NCBI GenBank assembly: GCA_040285855.1
Contig: JAUFOQ010000010.1
Coordinates: 248,001 to 312,000 of the forward strand
Direction: 5' to 3'
DNA: 64,000 nucleotides
Source of the DNA: Eukaryota sp. GEM-RC1
Lineage: Eukaryota
In this document: positions 11,461-22,499 of the stretch, piece after piece
Position numbering within the stretch: the first letter of the stretch is position 1
Layout of the letters: each line of letters opens with the position of its first letter
The notes under the pieces: model-generated
Seen by the model: the letters and a program-made list of their open reading frames with translations, nothing else
Database searches by the model: none
Told to the model about the DNA's origin: nothing
Position numbers and translations under genes: made by a program

Positions 11461-12382
11461 CAAGAATAGTACAAATATCAAATGTTTACAAAATCACTAT
11501 TTTAACACAAGTCAATTTGGTTAACATGTCAAGTATTCACTCTATAAATCACAGATTATCCAAGTAGAAACGAAAAAAGTACTTAAAAGACAAGAATTGT
11601 GTTACATTTAATCTTGAACTACGGTACAATCTGAACAAATACAGTGGTGCAAGGATTGCCATGTATTCTATTGATTGTTAGTAATAGATCTTGAGCAACA
11701 GGAACAATTTTTAAATTTTCAAGAGAAACTACTGTCCTAATGACCCAAAGAATCACATCAGATACTTGGAATCAGATTACTCCCAAGTCAAGTTGTTTCT
11801 GATAAGATAAATTAATGAAAACAAGTACAATGTAATGGCTATCAGCAAGATTATGGTGCAATTTCGATATCGATTTGATCATCATTGTTGGTTTGAATTG
11901 TTGTTAAGGTGGAAAATGCACTTTCCAATGACGTCTATCACAGACTGTTTACAATATATTTGAAAATCCGAAAACATTAAAATTGTGGTAGAATTATGAA
12001 ATCGAGAAACATATTCCCTTACACTAATCAAAAATCCAATGATCATCATTAAAAACGAGATTAGTGAAAATTCTCAAATTTGAGTTGTTTGATCTATTAC
12101 ATTTACAATAAAATAAAGAATGTTCTAAAGAAAATGAAAATGAGAAATAAAAATTTTATGACGAAATTGGACAATACTGTACAACAATCAATTTCATAGA
12201 ACAGCTCAAATGATCACGTTATTTTTGCAATAGGGCTCACCTGGATTAAAAGAGGAACCATGTGTCTTAATTGAAAAACGACAATAAAAATACAATTATA
12301 CAAATGTTCTTCAACTACTCAAACAATGAAGATGAAGACAAAAAAACGTATCAAAGAATCACAAACCGTCACGTCATCTCAT

Positions 12383-12826
12383 TTAGACCTTATAACTTCC
12401 AAAGATTGAAGAAATTCTGTCAGCAATGCTTTGACTATTAGGCTCGACAGTGTCAGTCCACTGATCCCAGTTGCTAACACCAACATGGGGAACCTTAGCT
12501 TCAGCTGTAGGAGTAGCTATGGACGGAGGAGGAGCAGATGAAGGGGAAGCGGTAACTGTAACAGTTTTGTTTGAAATAGTGAGTACAATGTCTGAGTCTG
12601 GAGGAATGTTGCCAAGACGAAGTTGGAGAGAATCGTTTGTTTGAGTTAAGACAGACACATGACTAGAGCCAATGTTATGTACACAGACTTCATATTGTTT
12701 GTTTTCCTTGATTTCTCTAGGGAAAGAGGCGACTGACGAAGAAGGAGAGGCTGATAATTCGTCATCTGACGCGCTATATTGGGAGTTCTCAGAGTTCTCA
12801 GACGACGAGTTATCACTTGAAGACAT
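12383..12826 (-). CDS. Hypothetical Ser-rich protein (~147 aa)
   Basis: Open frame with coding-like composition. The likely ATG is at 12826 (MSSSDNSS). No recognisable domain. Confidence 0.55.
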   Translation of the reverse strand: MSSSDNSSSENSENSQYSASDDELSASPSSSVASFPREIKENKQYEVCVHNIGSSHVSVLTQTNDSLQLRLGNIPPDSDIVLTISNKTVTVTASPSSAPPPSIATPTAEAKVPHVGVSNWDQWTDTVEPNSQSIADRISSIFGSYKV

Positions 12827-13533
12827 TATGGGCAAGCAATTTTGCCAAATTTGCATCATTGATGGACTCTCCCATATTCTCCATACAATTACCAAATTCG
12901 GTTTTCCAACGCTTAGCAATTTTGATTCCATTCTAAAGCGTCTCTGTTGACTACACGAAAACGTGACAATGTAGCGGTTTCGGTATCTCCCTGTTGAAAT
13001 TGATTGTTTGTATTTGTAACTTGTAATGGATAAAGGGTATTTTTGTTCTAGAAATAATTTTGTTTATCAACATTTTTCTATGGAACAAAAACAGTAAGAT
13101 AAACAAAAATACTAGAACTCAATATCATTAAATCAACAATCAAAAAACTAGAAATAACTGGGTTTTGATGATAATTCAGTACACCAAGGCAAAGTATTTG
13201 AACGAGAAGAACATACTAGTAAATCACTGTCATAAGGAATCGCTCATCTAGTGTTTGAGAAGTATCAACAAAACAACTACAGTCAGGATCCTGTACACAT
13301 TAATGCAATTTCTGATCAGTCTATGTTTTAAATAATGTCGATAATATAATGATGGTATAGCACATCGATACTCATTTTTAATCAGTATCAAATTTTGATT
13401 GGCAAAGTACTACAATGTAACTCGACAAATATTTAGCTTAACTGGAAGTGAATACCGAGAATAGATTTATCACATAGACATGGATCAAACAACCAAAGAA
13501 TAAAAAACTATCTATACTATTAATGTAACATAG

Positions 13534-14888
13534 TTACTTCTTCTTCTTGATGTTCTTTTCAGCCTTAACGGTAGACTTGATAACACCAACAGCAACAGTT
13601 GATCTCATATCACGGACGGCGAAACGACCAAGAGGAGGATATTCGGTGAAAGCCTCAACACACATGGGCTTTTGGGGAACAAGTCTGACGATACCGGCTT
13701 CGTTCTTCTTGAGGAATTCAGGGTTTTCTTCAATTAACTTTCCAGATCTACGATCAACCTTTTGCAAGATTGCGTCAAATCGGCAAGAAATATGAGCGGT
13801 ATGACAATCAATGACGGGAGCATATCCAGCACGGATTTGACCGGGATGGTTCATAATGATAACTTGGGCCTCGAAGGAAGCAGTTTCTTCAGCGGGATGA
13901 TCAGCGTTGTTGGAGGCAACAAATCCTCTCTTGATGTCCTTAACAGAGACGTTCTTGATGTTGAAACCGACGTTGTCACCGGGGTGAGCTTCGGGGACGG
14001 ATTCATGATGCATTTCTACGGACTTGATTTCAGCAGTGACACCAGCGGGTGCGAACATGGCGGTGATTCCGGGTCTGAGGATACCAGTTTCAACACGACC
14101 GACGGGGACGGTACCAATACCACCAATTTTGTATACATCCTGAAGGGGGGAGTCTGAGAGGCTTATCCGTGGGACGCTTGGGGGGAGTGATGTTATCGAG
14201 GGCTTCGATGAGAATGGGTCCCTTATACCAGGGAGTGTTGACAGATCTTTCGAGCATGTTGTCACCATTGAAACCGGAGATTGGGACGAAGGGGATCTTC
14301 TCAACCTTGAAACCGATTCTCTTTAAGAAACCGGAGACTTCACCCTTGATTTCATTGAATCTGGCTTCGGAGAACTTGCAGGATTTGTCGTCCATTTTGT
14401 TAACACCAACAATCATTTGCTTGACACCGAGAGTAAAAGCGAGGAGGGCATGTTCACGAGTTTGACCTTGTTCTGAGATACCAGCTTCGAATTCACCAAC
14501 ACCAGCAGCGACGATAAGAATAGCGACATCAGCTTGAGAAGTACCAGTGATCATGTTCTTGATGAAATCTCTATGACCGGGGGCATCAATGATAGTGAAC
14601 TGGAACTTGGCGGTTTCGAACTTCCAGAGAGCGATATCGATGGTGATACCACGTTCACGTTCAGCCTTAAGCTTATCGAGAACCCAAGCGTACTTGAAAG
14701 AACCCTTACCGAGCTCGTTGGCTTCCTTTTCGAACTTAGCGATGGTACGTTCATCAACACCACCACACTTGTAGATTAAATGTCCAGTAGTAGTAGATTT
14801 ACCGACATCAACGTGACCGATAACGACGAGATTACAATGAGTCTTTTCCTTACCTGGAGTGAGATGCAGAATGAAGATACATACCCAT
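13534..14888 (-). CDS. EEF1A: Translation elongation factor 1-alpha; 31-nt intron at 14854-14884; apparent homopolymer frameshift near 14148
   Basis: ATGG|GTATGT...CCAG|GTAAG gives [25 protein letters not shown]. Also [43 protein letters not shown] and [11 protein letters not shown]. An extra G in the G6 run splits RLPLQD. Confidence 0.97.
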
Positions 14889-14975
14889 ATTGGAAACAAA
14901 AAAAAGAGGAAGTGCAAAAGTCATTTTCTCAGACATTCAGGTAGTGCTGACTCATCAACTTGACCGTTTTTAGTG

Positions 14976-16337
14976 ATGACATCCTCTTCAAGTATCCATC
15001 AGTCGATCCCGTCGTTCTCACAATGCTCTAAAACAATCTTTCTATCATCACATCTTCTGAAAACAGTCTCTTTTCAGATTCTCACCAAATCTGTAAAGCT
15101 ACACAAACAAAATTAGTTCACCAAACTCACACCCATTCCTTACTCTTCTGTTTTTGAACCTCTTCTCTCTCAAATTGCTCCCGTTAGTCATCGATTTTTC
15201 CAGGCTCTTATGGAAACTATCAAAATTTTCCTCAGTTCCGAAACAGTCATCCTCAATTGCCCTACACAAATACCTTTTATCCACGCTATTTCAACCCTCG
15301 TCAACACCACCATCAACTCTTTTGAGTTCAATCTATGTCCCATCACACCTACTCCTTTCGATTTCACTGGCTTCCTCGCTTGTTTCTCCCCTCTCTCTGT
15401 ACAAAAGTTCGTTCTTTCCACAATGGGTTACGAGTTTGACTTTGAAATCCTCCAACATTTCAAAAACCTCAAAGGCCTTGAAGTCTTCAGTGACACGTGG
15501 ACTTCCGAATCAACTCAAATATTTACCACACATATTTCTAGCATCACTCAACTGACCAACTTTCGCATAAGTCTACGTAAATGTGGTCAGCTCGGAACTT
15601 CTATGATTTTGTCAGCCATTGACAATTTTAAATATTTGACGTATATAGGACTTCATACTATTGATCACGTCATGCCGCAAAGTGTCATTTCATCGCTATC
15701 TACTAGACATAATCTCAAGGATTTAAACCTGAGTTCTTGTTTTTTAACATTTGACCAAGTTCAAATCATTTTTGATTTTCTCAAAGTAGCAGTTGAGTTA
15801 GAATCACTCAGCTTGATGATGTGTTTAAGAGATCGTGCTAAACCTAACAATAAGTTTTACATGGATGGTCTTGCTAATAGCAAATCTCTTTTAACTTTTG
15901 ATATTTCATGGGGATTTAAGCGATTTGTGGATGATAATAGGTGTTCAGCTGGTATTCCAATAGAAATTACTCAATTGACAGAGGCGCAGTTTCAAGGAAT
16001 TGAGAATATTATTGTTCGTAATTGTCGTATTCATACACTTGTTTTGAGTGATAATATGTTCACGAACAGTCAATTTTCAAAATTATCCCAAATTTTAAAA
16101 TGTAACACGTCTGTTAGGGAACTTTCGATTTCTTTGGACAATCAGTTAGAGTTTTCACTTTTAGGCCATGCTCTCAGTTGTAATCGTTCAATTGAGGTTT
16201 TGGATTTAGGATATTGTTCTTTTAATGAAACAACTGTTAAACCTCTTGTGACAGCGTGCAAGGGTAGGTCTATTAAAGTTAAAAATTCTCATCGTGCATG
16301 TTCAGAGATGTTTGTTAAACTGCTTTCGTCTAGCTAA
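14976..16337 (+). CDS. RNI-like LRR protein; predicted 24-nt intron at 15093-15116
   Basis: The ATG at 14976 is in frame with ORF 15210-16337. The only intervening stop is the AG end of GTAAAG...AATTAG. IAPVSHRFFQ resembles the family motif VGFVSxHFF. LxLSxCxL repeats follow. Confidence 0.75.
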
Positions 16338-17203
16338 TCTTTCTTTCAAGTAATTTTTTGATCAAATACATGTATATTATGTTGTAATTTCTTATTGAGT
16401 TGTTTTTGTTTTTACTTGGTATTGGAACTATTTCTCAGTCTTTTATGTCTTTTTTTTGAAAGTTATTTGTGTTTTGAAAATACTTTTTTGTATGGGTCAT
16501 ATGTTATGGTTGAATCGTATTGGTTCTTTTTCTGTTCTTAGAACAATTCCCCTGATCATTTACAATGCTTTAATAGCTGTGAGTTCCTTTTATGAGGACA
16601 AAGCTATTGTAGGATTTGATAGCGACGGGTGTTGTTTTAATGATATCAAATTTTAGTTTAAAAAGTATACTTCATATATTACCCCTCATATATTTGTTTC
16701 TATTGAAAGAGGAACGGTGACACCAGTTGACAACGCTTGATTTCGCAGGAGTACGGATGAGAAAGTGTTAGACGGGAGATTTGAACGTTTATGACATTCG
16801 TTTCTGGTGGTATTTACATTATTTTTTAGTAGACACTTTTCATATGTGTGGTATTTTTGACATTTGAAATTAGTCGATCCAAACAAATTCGTCCCGACCC
16901 GATAAAATACTACGTTTTCTAACAGTAACATTCACACCACAAGCTTCTCAACTAATTTTCTCGAGAGATAGAAAAATATACTACTATAAAAGAACACATA
17001 ATTCAGACATTCTAAACTTACATTTCTTTTAATTACAAAGATCTTCAAAATGCTTGAAATATTGATCACTGCCTGCATGACTAATCGATCAAACGTCTTC
17101 TTAAGCATTACATTGATAATCGTACAACCAAGTCTCGACAAGACCCATTGTGTCATGTCTTGAATCATGACGAGTAGTGATAAGTCTTTCTTGATGGTTT
17201 AAG

Positions 17204-17774
17204 CAGGCTTGTCATTTGATAAAAAACGTTAAAAACGTATTTTGAAAAAAACGACGTTTTTTATTCTTGTCAACGTATTTTATATTCTGAATTGACACAA
17301 AAAGCACGACTTTCTACTCCATTTTTGACTTAATGTGATAGGTGTTATGTCATGTATGTTGTTTCTGACCAAGAAAGACTGAAACAACACAAGAATATTT
17401 GTTGGTGACACCACTGCAGGTACAGCACATGCAATTTGGTTGTGAATCTGAGTAAAGCAGCCTTCCGGTGCACTCGAACAGTGTTCTTGTTGCATACACC
17501 TTGTTATTTTCCCGTCCTGACCACGTGATCATCGCCTGATGAACACTGTACTTCATCTTCTTGGTATTATCCTTCCAATCTCAAAAAGAACATAGCTGCA
17601 ATGATCGGACTATAAAAGATTTGGTTGATGAAAATGAAGTGAGAAAAAAGTGAAAAGTTGAAAAAGTTGATCTGCCCTTTTGAACGTTTTAATTAAATTC
17701 GAAAAAAACCTAAAAAACGATAAAAAACGTCGTTTTTTATGTTTGAGCAACGTTTTTACGTTAAGTTAAGCCTG
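17204..17774. mobile_element. hAT-type MITE (571 bp)
   Basis: Ends CAGGCTT...AAGCCTG; 8-bp TSD GGTTTAAG at 17196-17203 and 17775-17782; AAAACG subterminal repeats in inverted orientation. Confidence 0.8.
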
Positions 17775-17809
17775 GGTTTAAGTTTAATTCAACAAATCAT
17801 TTTCCATCT

Positions 17810-18668
17810 ATGTCCTTTTCTACTGAACCTCTTCAGCCTCTTACATGGATAGATTGTGTGATACCGTTAATCATGGGCATAGTTCATAGCAGAAGATCTC
17901 TCTGTTTTTCTCAAGAAACATCTGCATCATCCCCATGACCTCTCTTTTCTCCCTTATTTCCTATGTCACAGACTTCCCTTCTTTCACTGGAACCAAAAAT
18001 CATCAATTGGAACCATTCTTGGTCTTCCACACTCATATCGTTCAGGAGGAGCCTTTACATTTAGAACGCTCAAGTCCAAGCACAGAGGTATTATACGTTT
18101 TATAAAACGGTCATTCGTTCCCTCATATACAGATTTACCCTCTCAACTACGTGACAAGATAAAACAGTGTAATACTCAGTCTGTTGATCATTTTCTATCA
18201 CGAGTTTCGTACTCTGATTCCTTTGATCTTTTTACAGAGATGTTATTTCGTTTGTTTTTCCCTGATTTTGAAGGTTCTACACCTGAACCCACACCTAAAG
18301 AACTTAATGCAATTAATTATTTACTTGGCAGCATCAAGGTTCGAACCGTTTATCATCTGAGTAACCGAATTGATCGATTTATTGGTGCATTTATTTTGCT
18401 TTTGAAAGAACCAGTGCACAGGAAGGGAGAATTAGATGATTCTACTACTGAAAGTGAATTGTTTAAAACATGGGAAGACCTTGTAAATGACAGTAACCGC
18501 AGTAGAGATTTACTTTATGACCAAATTATTGATATGTTGAATTCTTGGTCTTATGAGTACATGACTCCAGCTATTGCTTTTCGTTTTTTGAAGGAGAGCT
18601 ATGAACTTCTTGATTCTATGTACCTTCAATTCAATGCTAACGCTAATCAGTCAGTAGTATCGAATTGA
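17810..18668 (+). CDS. Hypothetical protein (~277 aa); predicted 25-nt intron at 17858-17882
   Basis: The frame of ORF 18240-18668 is open back to 17883. GTGATA...CATAG joins it in phase to MSFSTEPLQPLTWIDC from the ATG at 17810. Confidence 0.55.
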
Positions 18669-19065
18669 TGACGTTTTCAGTCAATCAATTTGAAATGATT
18701 GACTGTGAGGTCGGGAAATTTTTCTTAATCGTTCAAATGAAAACGGGATTTTGAGTTGATATTATATTTATTTTTCAGTTGCAGTTAATCAACATGAGAG
18801 TAATTTATTTTCCTTCGGATTTATTGGTTAGTATGGTCTTACCTTTAGAACGATTCTATGTCTCCGTCATGATGTCAAATAAATTAATCTCGTGTTTCAT
18901 ACTTGGCAACTGTTGTCGTGTCAATCAGCTGTGAATGTTGATTATAAGCAAACCACTGATGGTTCATCATTATTTCAAATGTTTAAGTAATTTTCATAAG
19001 GCTAAATTGTTTCTCATCGTTGGATTGTGTGTGTGATCAAGCTCCCATTTTTTCGTTAAATTTTG

Positions 19066-19225
19066 ACTCTTTGGCGCAATCGCATTGTTTTTTCTTTATA
19101 TAGAAGCTTCCCAAAATGTTTGAATCGTATTCTGGATAAATTGTATCGTGGTAGTTCAAGAGCAGATGTACATCATTTAATATTTTTAAGTACTAGTATT
19201 TTCTATTTCGTTAATTTATATCATT
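19066..19225 (+). mobile_element. RLE non-LTR 3'-end remnant
   Basis: Near match to 46927-47080 (CTCTTTGGCGCAATCGCATTGTTTT...TTTTAAGTACTAG). Confidence 0.7.
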
Positions 19226-19580
19226 AAACTGTCTGTATATGAAAAGAGAGTATCGATACATGTTCGCTGCTGCGCTTGATATTGATCACATTATGATTTT
19301 TTCTGATCCATGAATGATTTGTTTAATAAACTTTCGAATGCATGTGCTCACAAAAGTCCGTGAGTTGTGATTGTTGTGATGTGATTAAAGCACAAGGTCA
19401 AAATCTGGTGTCCCACGACTATGATTTTCAGTAGTACTATTACTGATCTAGGATGGACCGTTCACATCCAACATTTGGTGCTTCCACTTATAATGTATAC
19501 ATGGTACAATTTTTGATTGAAAAGCAACCATGTGCTGTAAACATGGAACAAGAAGAATCACTTACATCATCATGAATAAC

Positions 19581-20315
19581 CAGGGGTACTCCAAATTGAA
19601 TTGGCAATTAATTGGTTCTCAAATTCTGTAAACAATTAATATTGCAATTAGTGCAATTAATTGACCAATTAATTGACCAATTAATCAGTTATTGTTTTAT
19701 GAAAACAAAATCGTGAATTATCATACTAAATTCTAAATACAATCAACATCCGCAAACCAATTTGCTTCACAAGTCTTCGTTAAGACTTTTCATTCCCACC
19801 AAGGTTTGCTGTGCTTCATAAACAGTTCCAAATTGAGAGTTCCGTCAGTCAAAGCCTATCTGCGCAACCAAAAATTTTGCCATGGAAAATAGTCGTTCAA
19901 TCACCAAACTGGTTGCACTAATCAAACTCATGGACTTTGTACTCCCATTCAATTCTCCTTAAGAGAATATCTTCTGGTACGACACTTTAACCACTAAAAC
20001 AATTTTCCTTATGTTGGTGCACTATCGAATTGAAACACATAAATCCAAAAAGATTTCATTTATGAATCGACTAATGTAGAACACACTGTATGACATTTCG
20101 ATAAAAAAGTTTTTGTTCACAAATTTTTGTAAAGCTACTTTTCCTATTTCAATCAACGATCTGCTCCATATTTATGATAAACTGATTAGACCAATAACTG
20201 GATAATTGGACAATTAATTGCCAATTAATTGGTGGGGTCTAACGATCGACCAATTTATATTGCAATTAATTGATTGGCAATAACTGAATTGACAATTCAA
20301 TTTTGAGTACCCCTG
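19581..20315. mobile_element. hAT-type MITE (735 bp)
   Basis: ~29-bp TIR CAGGGGTACTC(C/A)AAATTGAATTG(G/T)CAATT; 8-bp TSD TGAATAAC at 19573-19580 and 20316-20323; CAATTAATTG subterminal repeats. Confidence 0.92.
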
Positions 20316-20890
20316 TGAATAACTCAACGTAGATGAATAAAATTACGACAATAACTTAAATGACGAAAAGCAACATTAGCTCCACCATGAAAAAGTCGAA
20401 TAGTCTAAGAAAGAGCCAATCAAAGACGCATATTGATCATCCGGGCTTCATTAGAAATATAAAATCCAAACACCTGAGGAATTTGAAAAATATATCCAGA
20501 AGGTCCACTAGTACGAAGAAAAATTAAAAAAGCAGCGAACTCGGGACTATTACAGTGTAGTTTTAGCCAAGCTGATACGATTATTAAAGTCAAGAGCTCT
20601 AACTCCATAATCACTAAATTTTACAGTTTACATACAATAGACGGTAGAGATGAATTATTGTAATGCGTGGTGCTAAATGTGGTTCATTAAAGGTCTTAAA
20701 ATCACAAACATACTCTAATTAATCCTAATACTAGCCCTTCCCCACTACTAGCCCTGCTCTAATACTAGCCACGAAGGGGTAGGCTAGTAAAATGCCCAAT
20801 ACTATTCCCCCCAAAGTGTTGTAGATTGTTACCTCCAGAGTTGGAATTCTAGATTTCATTGTTCAATTAAACTCTTATAAAAATTGAATT

Positions 20891-22212
20891 ATGACCGTTG
20901 ATCCTTGCAAAGGTTCAGCTATTGCTAGCATTTGGAATACTTCAAATGATCCGCTGAAAGACGCTGAGAACGCCAAAGTGTCTAAGTACGGACATCAAGT
21001 TGCTGCATTGAATTCACGAAGACACAATAAAATCGTCTTTCAGCCTTTTGCAGTTTCATTGTACAGAAATTTTGGCTGTTCTACCAAAGAGTTTTAAATT
21101 TATTTGAAAATTTGTGTTCAGAATTTGGCAAGAAGTTTAACAGATTTTACTCTGGAAGAGTAAATTTGCTTTTTCGATTTTTAGGTCTATGTATAGATTT
21201 GTTGATTCCATTTTGTCCAAGTTGTTTGGAGGCAACTACTGTTCGGAATTAGGTAGTTCGTTTGATAATTTGTTTTAATAGTGTTCATTTATTTGTTACG
21301 ACCGTTGATCCTTGCAAAGCTTCAGCTATTGCCAATATTTTGAATCCCTCAAATGATCCGCTGAAAGACGCTGAGAACGCCAAAGTGTCTAAGTACGGAC
21401 ATCAAGTTGCTGCATTGAATTCACGAAGACACAATAAAATCGTCTTTCAGCCTTTTGCAGTTTCATTGTACAGAAATTTTGGCTGTTCTACCAAAGAGTT
21501 TTAAATTTATTTGAAAATTTGTGTTCAGAATTTGGCAAGAAGTTTAACAGATTTTACTCTGGAAGAGTAAATTTGCTTTTTCGATTTTTAGGTCTATGTA
21601 TAGATTTGTTGATTCCATTTTGTCCAAGTTGTTTGGAGGCAACTACTGTTCGGAATTAGGTAGTTCGTTTGATAATTTGTTTTAATAGTGTTCATTTATT
21701 TGTTACGACCGTTGATCCTTGCAAAGCTTCAGCTATTGCCAATATTTTGAATCCCTCAAATGATCCGCTGAAAGACGCTGAGAACGCCAAAGTGTCTAAG
21801 TATGGACATCAAGTTGCTGCATTGAATTCACGAAGACACAATAATATCGTCTTTCAGCCTTTTGCAGTTTCATTGTACGGAAATTTCGGTTCTTCTACCA
21901 AGGAGTTTTTAAGTTTATTTGAAAATTTGTGTTCAGAACTTGGCAAGAAGTTTAACAGATCGTACTGGAAGAGTAAATTTGCTTTTTCGATTTTTAGGTC
22001 TATGTATAGATATGTTGATTCCATTTTGTCCAAGTTGTTTGGAGGCAACTACTTTTCGGAATTAGGTAGTTCGTTTGATAATTTGTTTTAATAGTGTTTA
22101 TCTATTTGTACTTAACTTATTATGTGTTTTTCTCCGCACATAAATCCGTTTTTTTTTATTTGTTGTTTTCTTATTATATGTTTTTCTCCGCACATAAATC
22201 CGTTTTTTTGTT
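20891..22212 (+). mobile_element. Head-to-tail array of three 3' ends (407-bp period) of the CRE-like element
   Basis: Units start GACCGTTGATCC at 20893, 21300 and 21707. Unit 3 is near-identical to 11010-11460. The terminal motif is duplicated. The flanking direct repeat AAAATTGAATT is at 20880-20890 and 22213-22223. Confidence 0.9.
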
Positions 22213-22499
22213 AAAATTGAATTTTTGGTTTCCACGTCACGAACACAAAAACGACTCAATTTTAATTGTAGACTCAGACGACTGAGTTCACTCAGTTCAC
22301 TGTCACAAGTCACGAAAAGGTTAAGTAGTATCTAGAATTGCGAAGAAATTTGAAGCATGCTTTTATACCACATCTTATTGTCAGCCTAATGAAACTTGTT
22401 GCTTTAAACCATTCAAGAAACACTTCCGAGAAATTGTTGAGATATATTTTCGAAGATCTAACTGTCCAAAAACAAGTGGACATACTCTTCCGAGTCCAA

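Noticed and set aside
14140..14155. EF-1alpha pseudogene or programmed frameshift
   Set aside because: It is a single indel in a G6 run in an otherwise perfectly conserved gene, most simply a sequencing or assembly error.
13547..14779. Plus-strand ORFs overlapping EF-1alpha, and similar antisense ORFs over LRR and gag genes
   Set aside because: They are antisense shadows of real coding sequence with no independent motifs.
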